Assembly (NCBI GenBank): GCA_002269645.1
Contig: NIVC01002743.1
Location: 1-64,000 of the forward strand
Reading direction: 5' to 3'
From: Macrostomum lignano
Lineage: Eukaryota
DNA length: 64,000 nucleotides
The position numbers were made by a program, and so were the translations under genes. The notes under the pieces were generated by a model. The model was given only the letters and a program-made list of their open reading frames with translations. It was not told the DNA's origin and searched no databases. Shown here one piece after another: positions 24,736-38,550 of this stretch; position 1 is the stretch's first letter; every line of letters begins with the position of its first letter.

Positions 24736-24973
24736 GTCGGGTAGGGTCCTGCATTCAGCAGGTGCTCCGAGACTCCGCCGCCTCCGCCGTAGCCAACGAA
24801 GTTTCGAGTCAGTCGCGGCGGCGTCCGCATCGTCGAAGAGCCGCCGCAGCTGTCGGGCTGCTGCTGATCGCGCCTCGGTTTGTCCATTGTGAAGGTCGAC
24901 AGGCCGCTTCCGCCGGCGCTGACAGAGGATGGGGCTGCGCCACGGGGACCGCAGATTGTCAGAGATCCCAATG
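24642..24973 (-). CDS. Protocadherin terminal exon 4 (ALGSLTICGPRG...polyQ...RLCSESRLV*)
   Basis: Acceptor ctctctccgctatcag| in phase 1, GC-rich, (CAG)n polyQ, TGA at 24642. The link to the protocadherin is inferred from strand and phase. Confidence 0.6.
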
Positions 24974-25024
24974 CTGATAGCGGAGAGAGGATTTGGGGAT
25001 TTTTATTGGACAGACCGACACTGG

Positions 25025-25240
<216 letters not shown>

Positions 25241-27389
25241 CACTACTTGTTCATAATAAAGCAGTTGACAGCCACGTGGATATGCAGCAATGACTTGTCA
25301 CACAGGGCGACTTTGTGTCGGAGGCCGCAAGCAAGCAAGCAGAAGAGGCTTTGGCAACGCAGCAGGCGTTTCAGACAATATTGTTTTCAAAGCAGTTGCA
25401 ACTTAAAAATTTGGATACTTGCAGACTCTCTCACTCGCTCAGCTACTTCATCAAGCAGCCCGAGCCCACTTCTGCATCCACGCAGTTGACAGAAAATTTG
25501 TAGCAATATTTTTTACCAGAACTCTGCAGCGCTTTGAAGTTTTTCTTACCCTACCGCGATGACGGCCACTTGTGGCCACAGTCGCAGCCTCATCAATTGG
25601 CTTCAAGTTGCTTCAAGAGGCCCAGCAAACCTGGTTCTGTTGCCTTTCAAATTGCTACAATTTTTGCCTATACTAGCTATGTGTGGAAAAGACACGAAAA
25701 AATATTTTGTCGCAAGATGGGTTGCAGAAAATATGCTTTATAGATTATCGATTTGGCTATATGCCTAACTTGCGCGAGTGCACACTCTCCCCCTAGTACT
25801 TAATCGCTGATAATATGGCAAGATAAACTCCAACTGACTTGAGACTTTGATCCTTTCCCAAAAGAAATTGATGGACTCTAAGCTAAGAGAGGGGAGAGAG
25901 AGAATATGCCATCCTATACGGAGCCGCATCCATCTGATCCTGGGATCTGAGGAGAAATCGAATAAAAAGCCGCGGTTGGTAGGAGCAAAGTATCATGGCC
26001 TTTTAGCTAGGCTGGGGGATCGAGACTCGAAGGAGCTCGAGAATTGATCGATCGATTGAGAGTCGAGGGGGGTGAGGGGTGTGCAGGGTTCGGTCCGCCT
26101 GCGGGATCCTCGTGTCAGATAAGTTAATCAGAGAGAGTCAAAGGCGCGGCGCACTGGACTGAAGCATCTGGCGTGGGAAACCCCCACCCCCACGGGGGGA
26201 CAAGACCGCTAGTCCACTATACTAAAACTGAGAATGCTGAAAAAACTGCTAGGGTAAAGCAAAAGTTTTTTTATCCAATAAGGAGCATGTTACAAATTTT
26301 ATATTAAAAAACAAATAAAAATAAATTATAAGAAGGAGGCAATTCTAAGAGAGAGAAGTTCTATAGTAATATTATAATAATATTATAATTGCAGGAGGGT
26401 TGTGGGCCCCATGAAATCGTCAGACACCAAGCGTTAAAGCAATCCTGCCCTTTTCGATGACTCTCGAGCAGGGTGTACAGCGGCCGTTTTGACTTTCTAA
26501 TCGTCAGGAATGTACACTCTCTGCGCCTTAGGAGTTGGATATAATAGGCGTGAATCGCACGACAACCCCATGGCAACTCTAAGAAAAAGGCCATTCTAAG
26601 AAATCTGTTATTTTAAGCAAGAGGCTATTCAAAGGAAAAGGTCATTGCAATAAAAAGGCAATTTATCAATATCTTTGTTGAAAACCAATTTTTAAAGACT
26701 TCTTGTCAGTAGAACTACAATATGTGACTGGATTTCCACTCTCCAGATGCCTTAGTCCAGATCTGATTGGCCGTCGAAACGGCCGATAAAAGGATCACAT
26801 TCTAAGAAGCAGGCAGCCAAACGAGACAAGGATATAACTTTGGCTTTTTTAACACTGACGACTGTTTTTACATATTAAGCAGGACTTTTTTATTACTGAC
26901 TGTTCCCCATTCGACTTTTACGACTCCTTGAGGAGGAGGAGGACGGGGGAGAGGAGGGAAAACGGGAGATAAAAACAATCTGAAAGACTGGCAGCTCGGC
27001 TTCAAGATGCTCCTCAGTGTGGCAATATAGCGACTGCTTGTTTTTATTATTGGGTCCCAGTGTGGGTGTCAGTCCGTCTTGCATGACCCGCGTCGAGTTC
27101 GCTGAGCAGCTGCTTGAGTAGAGAGATAGTTAGGTAGCTTAAAAATGACTGCCAAGTATCCCGCTGGGTTCCTCATCCCGTGACTGAATAATTTAACGTC
27201 CACTGGGGGTGCTCAGAGACAGAGTTACAGTGCGGCTGCTGCTGCTGCTGCTGCAGTCTCTGCTCAATCTGTGATGCGTGGAGATCTCTGCTGATGGAGT
27301 GAGTGAAAGTGTTAGTGAGTCACGTTTTCAGTTGGCTCACTCGCGCTATTTACTTGAGCGTCTGGATTTGAGCTATTGATCTGGGGGAG

Positions 27390-28635
27390 TCTGAGATACT
27401 AATAGGGGACGAGTCTGAGATTGATGGGATCTCTAAATAGAACTGCGGAGAGTCCGCGACTTATAAAGAGAGGAGAGTCTGAGATTGATCAATGGGAGAG
27501 TCTGAGATAGATCAATGGGAGAGTCTGAGATTGATCAATGGGGGAGAGTCTGAGATTGATCAATGGGAGTCTGAGATGGATCAATGGGAGAGTCTGAGAT
27601 TGATCAATGCGAGAGTCTGAGATTGATCAATGCGAGAGTCTGAGATTGATCAATGGGAGAGAGTCTGAGATGGATCAGTGGGAGAGAGTCTGAGATGGAT
27701 CTTTGGGAGAGAGTCTGAGATTGATCAATGGGAGAGTCTGAGATTGATCAATGGGGGAGAGAGAGTCTGAGATTGATCAATGGGAGAGTCTGAGATTGAT
27801 CAATGGGAGTCTGAGATTTGATCAATGGGAGAGTCTGAGATTGATCAATGGGAGTCTGAGATAGATCAATGGGAGAGTCTGAGATTGATCAATGGGGGAG
27901 AGTCTGAGATTGATCAATGGGAGTCTGAGATTGATCAATGGGAGTCTGAGATTGATCAATGGGAGTCTGAGATGGATCAATGGGAGAGTCTGAGATTGAT
28001 CAATGCGAGAGTCTGAGATTGATCAATGGGAGAGAGTCTGAGATGGATCAGTGGGAGAGAGTCTGAGATAGATCAATGGGAGAGTCTGAGATTGATCAAT
28101 GGGAGAGTCTGAGATTGATCAATGGGAGAGTCTGAGATTGATCAATGGGAGTCTGAGATTTGATCAATGGGAGAGTCTGAGATTGATCAATGGGAGTCTG
28201 AGATAGATCAATGGGAGAGTCTGAGATTGATCAATGGGAGTCTGAGATGGATCAATGGGAGAGTCTGAGATTGATCAATGGGAGTCTGAGATTGATCAAT
28301 GGGAGAGTCTGAGATTGATCAATGGGGGAGAGAGAGTCTGAGATTGATCAATGGGAGAGTCTGAGATTGATCAATGGGAGTCTGAGATTGATCAATGGGA
28401 GTCTGAGATTGATCAATGGGAGTCTGAGATAGATCAATGGGAGAGTCTGAGATTGATCAATGGGAGTCTGAGATGGATCAATGGGAGAGGGTCTGAGATG
28501 GATCAGTGGGAGAGAGTTTGAGATGGATCAATGGGAGATTGAGAGTCTGAGATTGATCAATGGGAGAGTCTGAGATTGATCAATGGGGGAGAGTCTGAGA
28601 TTGATCAATGGGGGAGAGTCTGAGATTGACCAGTG
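27390..28635. repeat. 21-23-bp minisatellite (GAGAGTCTGAGATTGATCAATGG)n containing the palindrome ATTGATCAAT
   Basis: Direct inspection. Confidence 0.97.
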
Positions 28636-29339
28636 ATCAATGTTGCTGCTTCCCACAGTTCAAGGTAAATCGACCCTCTATTAATTCAAAGTCCTCAATT
28701 TTATAATAAATATTGCCGGACAGAGCCCGCCGCCGCCTGTTGTCCGAAACATTTCTCGGCCAGATTATCAAGTAGATATCGGCCGCGCATCTGCCCCTCG
28801 AGAGCTTATGAAGCTCTTTGTCCGGCATGTAGATGCAGAGACGCGGACACAAAAAAGCGACAACAGAAAATTCGGAAATGAGCTGTGGCAGGCGCGCGTG
28901 TAACAGTTGCCGTCAATCTTAAATCTTCATCAGTTTTGCAACATCTTTTGTGAGCAGTGTGAAGGTTTAAAGGCTCACTGTTATTGTTCGAGATCACTTC
29001 AGTGATAATTTCTTTCTTTTCCGTTCGCCTCTTTCTCCGTCATCTATCTCTTCCCCCCACTGCTTCCACAGCGAGCTGAGTGATTGCGTCACCGCTTGGT
29101 TTTTTGACAACGGGATTTTTTTCCACCATGAATCCATGGTCGGTTCCATGAATCTCCCTTAACTCCGGTCCTCATTCATTTGAATATTGGTGGCGAGCGA
29201 ATACAGACTTTATTTGCGTTGGTTCGGCCGATGGAGATCAACTTTGATGGAGAGGTTCGCAATTGGGGAAGGTATAGAGACTGAGAAGTACAGATCAGGA
29301 ATGTTTAAGTATTGAAAAGTAGATTTCGAGATATATTTC

Positions 29340-30178
29340 TAAGACACTGACAAGTAGACACTGACAAGACACTGACCAGACACTGACAAGACACTGACAA
29401 GACACTGACTTCGGCAGTTTTACTTTAATTGACTAACTGACAAGACACTGACAAGATACTGACAAGACACTGACAAGAAACTGACAAGACACTGACAAGA
29501 CACTGACAAGACACTGACAAGACACTGACAAGACATTGACAAGACACTGACAAGACACTGACAAGACACTGACAATACACTGACAAGACACTGACAAGAC
29601 ACTGACAAGACACTGACAAGACACTGACAAGATACTGACAAGACACTGACAAGACACTGACTTCGGCAGTTTTACTTTAATTGACTAACTGACAAGACAC
29701 TGACAAGACACTGACAAGACACTGACAAGACACTGACAAGACACTGACAAGACACTGACAAGATACTGACAAGACACTGACAAGACACTGACAAGATACT
29801 GACAAGACACTGACAAGACACTGACAAGACACTGACAAGACACTGACAAGACACTGACAAGACACTGACAAGATACTGACAAGACACTGACAAGACACTG
29901 ACAAGACACTGACAAGACACTGACAAGACACTGACAAGACACTGACAAGACACTGACTTCGGCAGTTTTACTTTAATTGACTAACTGACAAGACACTGAC
30001 AAGACACTGACAAGACACTGACAAGACACTGACAAGACACTGACAAGACACTGACAAGACACTGACAAGACACTGACAAGACACTGACAAGACACTGACA
30101 AGACACTGACAAGATACTGACAAGACACTGACTTCGGCAGTTTTACTTTAATTGACTAACTGACAAGACACTGACAAG
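29340..30178. repeat. 11-bp minisatellite (GACACTGACAA)n punctuated four times by an identical ~30-bp spacer
   Basis: Spacer CTTCGGCAGTTTTACTTTAATTGACTAACT near 29410, 29660, 29957 and 30133. Confidence 0.97.
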
Positions 30179-30804
30179 TAGTACTCGCATAATAATTAAA
30201 CGCTTCAAGTCAGGCATTATCAAGTCTGCAGTTTTCGCAGGCATTCACATCAACACAATTACTACAATATACGAGTAAGATTCCCCATTTGCCGCCAAAC
30301 ATTTTTATTGCAACCAGATGGACCAAAAAGCCTCTACCGAATTCCTTATTTTATCCGAACCAGAAACTTCGCACTTAGCCATGGTGAGTTACGTAACGGT
30401 TGGCTAAATTAATGAAATTCTGGCGTAGCCGCTGTCGGTACTGAGGCAGCTGATAAATCGCTCCGGCCTCTATCAGTGTCGTGTCCCCAGGTTGCTCCAC
30501 TAGCAGTCCGAGGGGAGTCGAACCCGCGCAACCACCTCTAGCCCCCGTTTCCTGCTCACTTAGTTTGCGGTTCGATGAGGCGACGCGAAGCAATTGAGAG
30601 GCGGAGAATGGGGATTATGGGATCTGGAGGCGTCCTGGGCGGTCAGTCGGAAGTCGATTGGTGCTAATTTGGCGAGAAATAATGACTGGCTGCCTGGCTG
30701 GCTGGGGGCTGAGTAGAGAGGGGGAGAAGGAGAATGAGATGGGGCAGGTTGGGACCGACTGAGTTCAAACTATTTTATGGGACAGTCACTCTGCCTTTGA
30801 CGAG

Positions 30805-31450
30805 GGGAGAGGGAGAGTGAGAGAGGAAGGGAGAGGGACAGGTAGAGTGAGAGAGGAAGGGAGAGGGAGAGGTAGAGTGAGAGAGGAAGGCAGAGGGAGA
30901 GGTAGAGTGAGAGAGGAAGGGAGAGGGAGAGGTAGAGTGAGAGAGGAAGGGAGAGGGAGAGGTAGAGTGAAAGAGGAAGGGAGAGGGAGAGGTAGAGTGA
31001 GAGAGGAAGGTAGAGCGAAAGAGGAAGGGAGAGGGAGAGGTAGAGTGAGAGAGGAAGGTAGAGCGAAAGAGGAAGGGAGAGGGAGAGGAAGAGTGAGAGA
31101 GGAAGGCAGAGCGAAAGAGGAAGGGAGAGGGAGAGGGAGAGTGAGAGAGGAAGGCAGAGCGAAAGAGGAAGGGAGAGGGAGAGGTAGAGTGAGAGAGGAA
31201 GGTAGAGCGAGAGAGAAAGGGAGAGGGAGAGGAAGAGTGAGAGAGGAAGGGATAGGGAGAGGTAGAGTGAGAGAGGAAGGGATAGGGAGAGGTAGAGTGA
31301 GAGAGGAAAAGATAGGGAGAGGTAGATGGAGAGAGGAAGGCAGATGGAGAGGGAGAGTGAGAGAGGAAGGGAGAGGGAGAGGTAGAGTGAGAGAGGAAGG
31401 GAGAGGGAGAGGTAGAGTGAGAGAGGAAGGCAGAGGGAGAGGTAGAGTCA
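30805..31450. repeat. 30-bp purine-rich minisatellite (GAGAGGGAGAGGTAGAGTGAGAGAGGAAGG)n
   Basis: Direct inspection. Confidence 0.95.
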
Positions 31451-32049
31451 GAAGAAATGGAGAGGGAATTGCAGAGAGTGAAAGGGAGAAGGAGAGTGAC
31501 AGGTAAGAGACAGGAGATCAAAGGTGCATGCCGAACCAACGCGGGCACCGTTAGTTAGCACCTGACCAACAAGAAGCTGCTTGCGGGGTCAAGAGGGTGA
31601 GAAGGATGAGACTAAAAGATAAAATCACCCCCTAATACTGACTGGGCCAAACGATAATTCAGACATCCCCCATCAACCAAAGGATGCGCCTGGCCCATCA
31701 ACCTACCACCTGTCAAATCCCGGATAAATGAGGGATCAATTCATCTCCCACTGGGATAATTTTTTGTGGGATAATTACGGCGAATTCCATTCTGGATGTG
31801 CATCGCCTGCATCGTCTCTGGCTTAAGTGGGTCTGAATTGCTTTGAACAAACCGATTCTGACTGCGGTTGCCGGGGGGGAGTTTAGAGGAGCGGTGAAGT
31901 GTCCATGGAGCTTGCGGTCAACCGGACTTGATGGGGCTGATTGATGAAGGCATAAAACTATCTCGAAGCACGTTGATAGGCAGTCGGGGTTTTGTTGTGT
32001 CAAGTGCTCTTTTTATGAGAAATTCTTAAGGTACTGTGAGTTACTTTAT

Positions 32050-33070
32050 AGGTAGATTCTAGGGTAGATTCTAGAGTATATTATAGGGTAGATTCTAGAG
32101 TAGATTCCAGGGTAGATTCTAGGGAAGATTCTGGGGTAGATTCTAGGGTAGATTCCAGTGTAGATTTTAGGTATATTATAGGGTAGATTCTAGGGAAGAT
32201 TCTGGGGTAGATTCTAGAGTAGATTCCAGGGTAGATTCTAGGGAAGATTCTGGGGTAGATTCTAGGGTAGATTCTAGTGTAGATTTTAGGTATATTATAG
32301 GGTAGATTCTAAGGAAGATTCTGGGGTAGATTCTAGAGTAGATTCCAGGGTAGATTCTAAGGAAGATTCTGGGGTAGATTCTAGGGTAGATTCCAGTGTA
32401 GATTTTAGGTATATTATAGGGTAGATTCTAAGGAAGATTCTGGGGTAGATTCTAGAGTAGATTCCAGGGTAGATTCTAAGGAAGATTCTGGGGTAGATTC
32501 TAGGGTAGATTCCAGTGTAGATTTTAGGTATATTACAGGGTAGATTCTAGGGAAGATTCTGGGGTAGATTCTAGAGTAGATTCCAGGGTAGATTCTAGGG
32601 AAGATTCTGGGGTAGATTCTAGAGTAGATTCCAGGGTAGATTCTAGGTAGATTCTAGGGTAGATTCTAGATATATTCTAGGGTAGATTCTAGGGTAGATT
32701 CTGGGGTAGATTCTAGGGTACATTCTAGAGTACATTTTAGGGTATATTCTAGGGTAGATGCTAAGGTAGATACTTGGCTGAATTCTAGATAGATGCTAGG
32801 CTGAATACTAGGTATACTTTAGAGTATATTCTACGGTAGATTCTAGGGTAGATTCTAGGGTAGATTTAGGGTAGATTCTAGGATAGATTCTAGGGTAGAT
32901 TCTAGGTAGATTCTAGGGTAGATTCTAGGGAAGATTCTGGGGTAGATTCTAGGACGATTCCAGGGTAAATTTTAAGGTGAGTTTTATGGTAGGTTTTAAG
33001 GTTGATGCTAGTTTGCATTCTAGGATAGATTCTAGGGGAATTTCTAGGGTACGGTAGATTCTAGGGTAGA
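32050..33070. repeat. 12-bp minisatellite (GGGTAGATTCTA)n with higher-order blocks
   Basis: Direct inspection. Confidence 0.95.
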
Positions 33071-34438
33071 TAATTGATATAATCCAGATAAACGTATTTT
33101 ACATAGTCTAGGTTTTAAAAGGATTGATTTTAGAAGTAGATTCCTGCTAGGAAGATTTGGAAAGTCTGTAAGTATGCAACTCACTACTCTGCCAGATGAG
33201 TCAGTGAATTCACTTCAAATCACTTTTATTATAATTTTTCAGTTATCCATTTTTGGCCATGAAATTTAATCCCATCCACTCGCCGCTCTCTCAACATTGC
33301 AAACAAAAAGATTTGTTTGAATGCCTGTCAGACTCTCTGCAGGTACAATTAAGCCATTTAAAACCGGGTTGTTATCTCTGTTTGGCGACTCTCTCAACCT
33401 TCCCTTGCTCTCTCTCTCCCCATTTTTATCCCCAAGTGGATCCGGAAACTTTATCTTTCTTGTCATAGGGAGAAAAAATTTCCCAGCATCCCACCATCAT
33501 CATCCTGATCGGGTTCCCGCGCACAATATCTGCATTGGGGGTTTCAGGTTTCATGCCAATTTCCAGCTGAGGCCTGCTCGCTCTCTCTGGGATCGAGTCC
33601 CTTCCCTAATCGGCGTCACCCCCCCTGAGTTGGGATATGCTCACTTCCTCATCTCTTCCCCATCAAGACAGGGAAGTTTAGACCCCTCACAAGTTGTTGC
33701 GCCTCTCTCTCTTATGCCAAGTAAAAAAATACCCAGAAAAATCCTATTCCCCTTTTCGTCCGTCCAATTTAAGAGCTCGGACAGGTGGGCAAACAATGCG
33801 GAGGAAGATGTCGAGGCGGAGGCTGGGGTTGATCCTCCGCGCAGTGTTGCACAAGTCTGTCTAACAAGGCCGATCCCAGTTCAGCACTGTGTCACCAATA
33901 TTCCCCATTAGCAGCAGGCCCCCGCGAACCTTAAATCCACATCCCAGATCGCGGCCAGCACTTGCGAATGGGAGGATCTGTCATTGCCAAAGCCAAGAGG
34001 AAAAGTGACAGCCAGGCGAGCAAAACCAGAAGCATTTTGCCTGTAACTTTATCTGCCTCTGGCCAAGTCAAAGGGCCTAACAAGAACCCCCCCCCCCTAA
34101 ACTGGTTGACTTGTCCCAGCGGCGCAGGGGACGCGAACCGGAACTCTTTGAAAGAGATAAAACTGCAGATCCAACAGTTTCTAAGGGGGGATCATAAAAC
34201 ATCTGGGTTGCTGTTTCAATTAAAACGATCGGTTTATACTCGGTCAGCCAGGGAGCAAGTACTTAAAGACACGTCTGGATAGCATCTGCGCAATGTTTTC
34301 ATGCGGATATTGGGGGGGGGGCACGCAGTACGTGTTGATTCTTATGACAAGAAGATGTAGCAAAAGCATTACGAGTGATTTCTAATAATATTTAGACCTA
34401 ATTGAAGATTTCATTATCAGTTATCAGTTTTTATATGG

Positions 34439-34865
34439 AGCCTTGGCATCTCAGCAGTTCCCCCTGAGCCTTGGCATCTCAGCAGTTCCCCCTGAGCCTT
34501 GGCATCTCAGCAATTCCCCCTGAGCCTTGGCATCTCAGCAGTTCCCCCTGAGCCTTGGCATCTCAGCAGTTCCCCCTGAGCCTTGGTATCTCAGCAGTTC
34601 CCCCCGAGCCTTGGTATCTCAGCAATTACCCCTGAGCCTTGGCATCTCAGCAATTCCCCCTGAGCCTTGGCATCTCAGAAATTCCCCCTGAGCCTTGGCA
34701 TCTCAGAAATTTCCCCTGGGCCTTGGCATCTCAGCAATTCCCCTGAACCTTAGAATCTCAGCAATTCCCCTGAGCCTTAGAATCTCAGCAATTCCCCCTA
34801 AACCTTGGCATCCCAGCTATTCCCCCTGAGCCTTGGCATCTCAGCTCCCCACCCCCGTGAGCCTT
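34439..34865. repeat. 28-bp minisatellite (GAGCCTTGGCATCTCAGCAGTTCCCCCT)n
   Basis: Period 28. Confidence 0.95.
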
Positions 34866-34995
34866 GACATATCAGATATTCCCAACCTGTGACCCTGGGC
34901 ATCTTAGCAATTTTCCCCATGAAACTTTCAGCACATCGACCAGAAAGGCGTGAACGTGACCTATTAACACACAAACAAAAGTACACTCAGCTCAC

Positions 34996-35175
34996 CGTGC
35001 TCCCGGAACGGATCGTCATCAATAAAGCAGGTACCCGGCCGCTATCCGACTCGGACGACTGGGCGCTGGCCTCGCCGCCTGCACCGCCGCCGCGGTGACC
35101 ACCAACGACCAGTCGTGACGTGCCCGGACCCGAGGCCAGCACTGGTAGGCCGGCGCCGGAATCAAAATCGTGCAG
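34996..35175 (-). CDS. Protocadherin exon 3 (LHDFDSGAG...EASAQSSESDSGR[G]TCFIDDDPFREH), probable 1-nt deletion near 35033
   Basis: GC-rich island, tttcag| in phase 0 and |gtgagc. Contains an S-x-S-D-S-G-R-G motif like protocadherin CM1. One added G gives the phase-1 end required by exon 4. Confidence 0.65.
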
Positions 35176-35214
35176 CTGAAAGTTCGAGGGTTTTACTTTT
35201 ATTGACGGGTTGGT

Positions 35215-35760
35215 TACGTTGAGAGCCCCATTCAGCTACGAGAGTATAACGTTAAGAGCCTCAACCAGATACGTGTACTTGTAGTTAAAGATACGCGAAA
35301 GTTATTGAGAGCCCTTATCTAGCTTATGGTTTAAAAAACGTTGAGAGCCTCGATTTTATCAATAGCCCCTAAATAAGCAATTGCTGAGATTCTAAAACAG
35401 CCTGTAATTATGTCATTATGAACGTGAGAGCCTCATTCAGCTTCGAGCATAAGTCTATAAACGTTAAGAGCCTCGACCAGATGCATGTAGTTAAAGATAC
35501 GAGGGCCCAACTTATCTAGAAGTTCAAAAAACGTTGAAAGCCTCGATTTTTAATTTTGGAGCCCTAAAAATATTTAGTACACTTTTAAGAGCTTCCAATA
35601 CAGAATATGAACATTGAGAGCCTCAATATCTTTATTAGGAACCCTAAAATAATTAGTACACTTATACGAAACTTCTAGAACAAAAAATAAACGTTGAGAG
35701 CCTCAACCTAATTGATCAATTAATACCCTGTGTAAATCGTAGAGAGCCCAATGTCTGTTT
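35215..35760. repeat. Degenerate repeat with recurring AACGTTGAGAGCCTC motif
   Basis: About 9 motif copies separated by partly related spacers. Confidence 0.75.
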
Positions 35761-36609
35761 AGGCGTCGTTGAAAAGTCTCTAAAAAACCTTTTGCTCCTT
35801 TTTTCAACGTTATTCAGCATTCATCATCACCGTAAACGCTACACAGGAGCTGATGGACAGGTGCCACATCAATACAATTCAGATGCGCACACACCAAATA
35901 CAAATATAGCCCTTTGCAGCACTGGTTAGTAGGTAATGTAAATTTGCACATGGCTTCCATCGCTTTAGAGCGGTGCAAATGGATTACGCAATCACCCCCC
36001 CCTAGACTGGACACTGAACAGCCTCTTGCAGAGAGTGAAGGTTCCAATCTGCATGGTCCCACAAAGAGACTTTAACGGGGGATAGAGGTTTGGGTTAGAA
36101 ATGGGAAATACGATAGTTAAACGGCTACGCTGTGTTCAAAGGAAAATGACCAAAACCCGGCAGGGAAGAGCGGCTGACCATAAAACAGCCTACAGGCAAG
36201 ATTCTCCCAGCACCCCATCCCAATCTCTGCTTGTCCATCAGGCCGAATTGAGATCAATTGATGATCATTTCACTCTTGCGCGCCCGTAGCAACTAAAAAA
36301 CTTTGGCCTCGAGGCGATTCAATTCGAGTTGGAGTGGCGCCTATTTGAATGAAATTAATGCTAAAAATTATGTAATTTGAAATTTATCTATGAATTTAAG
36401 CCCCGCACAAGTGTTCGAAAAGTGCTATAATAATTTGCATAGCAACTCTCCTAGCAAACTCGAGGATTAAGAGGGTGAAGATACGAACATAGTTTTTGGA
36501 CATGCTTATTTTTGAGTAGGAAGAGATAAACTGTTCTCATAGCTGAATCCTGCTCCGGGTCTAAATAGAACCGCTGGTTCATGATTCAAAAATGTTCTAT
36601 TTGGGTTGT

Positions 36610-38550
36610 TTGAGACACATTCTTCTCTAGTTTGAGACACATTCTTCTCTGGTTTGAGACACATTCTTCTCTAGTTTGAGACACATTCTTCTCTAGTTTG
36701 AGACACACTCTTCTCTGGTTTGAGACACATTCTTCTCTAGTTTGAGACACATTCTTCTCTAGTTTGAGAAACATTCTTCTCTGGTTTGAGACACATTCTT
36801 CTCTAGTTTGAGACACATTCTTCTCTAGTTTGAGACACATTCTTCTCTAGTTTGAGACACATTCTTCTCTAGTTTGAGACACATTCTTCTCTAGTTTGAG
36901 ACACATTCTTCTCTAGTTTGAGACACATTCTTCTCTAGTTTGAGACACATTCTTCTCTAGTTTGAGAAACATTCTTCTCTGGTTTGAGACACATTCTTCT
37001 CTAGTTTGAGACACATTCTTCTCTAGTTTGAGACACATTCTTCTCTAGTTTGAGACACATTCTTCTCTAGTTTGAGACACATTCTTCTCTAGTTTGAGAC
37101 ACATTCTTCTCTAGTTTGAGACACATTCTTCTCTAGTTTGAGACACATTCTTCTCTAGTTTGAGACACACTCTTCTCTGGTTTGAGACACATTCTTCTCT
37201 AGTTTGAGACACATTCTTCTCTAGTTTGAGAAACATTCTTCTCTGGTTTGAGACACATTCTTCTCTAGTTTGAGACACATTCTTCTCTAGTTTGAGACAC
37301 ATTCTCTAGTTTGAGACACATTCTCTAGTTTGAGACACATTCTTCAGTAGTTCAACAAGACACATTCTCTAGTTTGAGACACATTCTCTAGTTTGAGACA
37401 CATTCTCTAGTTTGAGACACATTCTTCAGTAGTTCAACAAGACACATTCTCTAGTTTGAGACACATTCTCTAGTTTGAGACACATTCTTCAGTAGTTCAA
37501 CAAGACACATTCTCTAGTTTGAGACACATTCTCTAGTTTGAGACACATTCTCTAGTTTGAGACACATTCTTCAGTAGTTCAACAAGACACATTCTCTAGT
37601 TTGAGACACATTCTCTAGTTTGAGACACATTCTTCAGTAGTTCAACAAGACACATTCTCTAGTTTGAGACACATTCTCTAGTTTGGGACACATTCTCTAG
37701 TTTGAGACACATTCTCTAGTTTGAGACACATTCTTCAGTAGTTCAACAAGACACATTCTCTAGTTTGAGACACATTCTCTAGCTTGAGACACATTCTTCA
37801 GTAGTTCAACAAGACACATTCTCTAGTTTGAGACACATTCTCTAGTTTGAGACACATTCTCTAGTTTGAGACACATTCTCTAGTTTGAGACACATTCTTC
37901 AGTAGTTCAACAAGACACATTCTCTAGTTTGAGACACATTCTTCAGTAGTTCAACAAGACACATTCTCTAGTTTGAGACACATTCTCTAGCTTGAGACAC
38001 ATTCTTCAGTAGTTCAACAAGACACATTCTCTAGTTTGAGACACATTCTCTAGTTTGAGACACATTCTCTAGTTTGAGACACATTCTTCAGTAGTTCAAC
38101 AAGACACATTCTCTAGTTTGAGACACATTCTCTAGTTTGGGACACATTCTCTAGTTTGAGACACATTCTCTAGTTTGAGACACATTCTTCAGTAGTTCAA
38201 CAAGACACATTCTCTAGTTTGAGACACATTCTCTAGCTTGAGACACATTCTTCTAGTTCAACAAGACACATTCTCTAGTTTGAGACACATTCTCTAGTTT
38301 GAACAAGACACATTCTCTAGTTTGAGACACATTCTTCAGTAGTTCAACAAGACACATTCTCTAGTTTGAGACACATTCTCTAGCTTGAGACACATTCTTC
38401 AGTAGTTCAACAAGACACATTCTCTAGTTTGAGACACATTCTCTAGTTTGAGACACATTCTCTAGTTTGAGACACATTCTCTAGTTTGAGACACATTCTC
38501 TAGTTTGAGACACATTCTTCAGTAGTTCAACAAGACACATTCTCTAGTTG
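36610..38550. repeat. Composite minisatellite: 22-bp (GAGACACATTCTTCTCTAGTTT)n then mixed 19-bp and 27-bp derivatives
   Basis: Direct inspection. Confidence 0.97.

Noticed and set aside
28900-28945. Possible hammerhead core CTGATGA on the minus strand
   Set aside because: There is no stem II or downstream GAAA. Other CTGAnGA hits (11494, 42395, 45705) also lack the full core.
29340-30178. CRISPR-like array
   Set aside because: The spacers are identical and the intervening DNA is an 11-bp tandem repeat.
30505-30560. tRNA or SINE-like B-box (GGTTCGACTCC) on the minus strand
   Set aside because: The T-stem is imperfect, and no A-box or cloverleaf could be built.
33321-33911. 196-aa plus-strand ORF, and similar short ORFs at 38519-39093, 41330-41743 and 53390-53611
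   Set aside because: They have no recognisable motifs, no consistent splice phases and no GC-rich codon bias.
35215-35760. CRISPR-like repeat-spacer pattern
   Set aside because: The context is eukaryotic, spacers are irregular in length and related to each other, and there are no cas genes.
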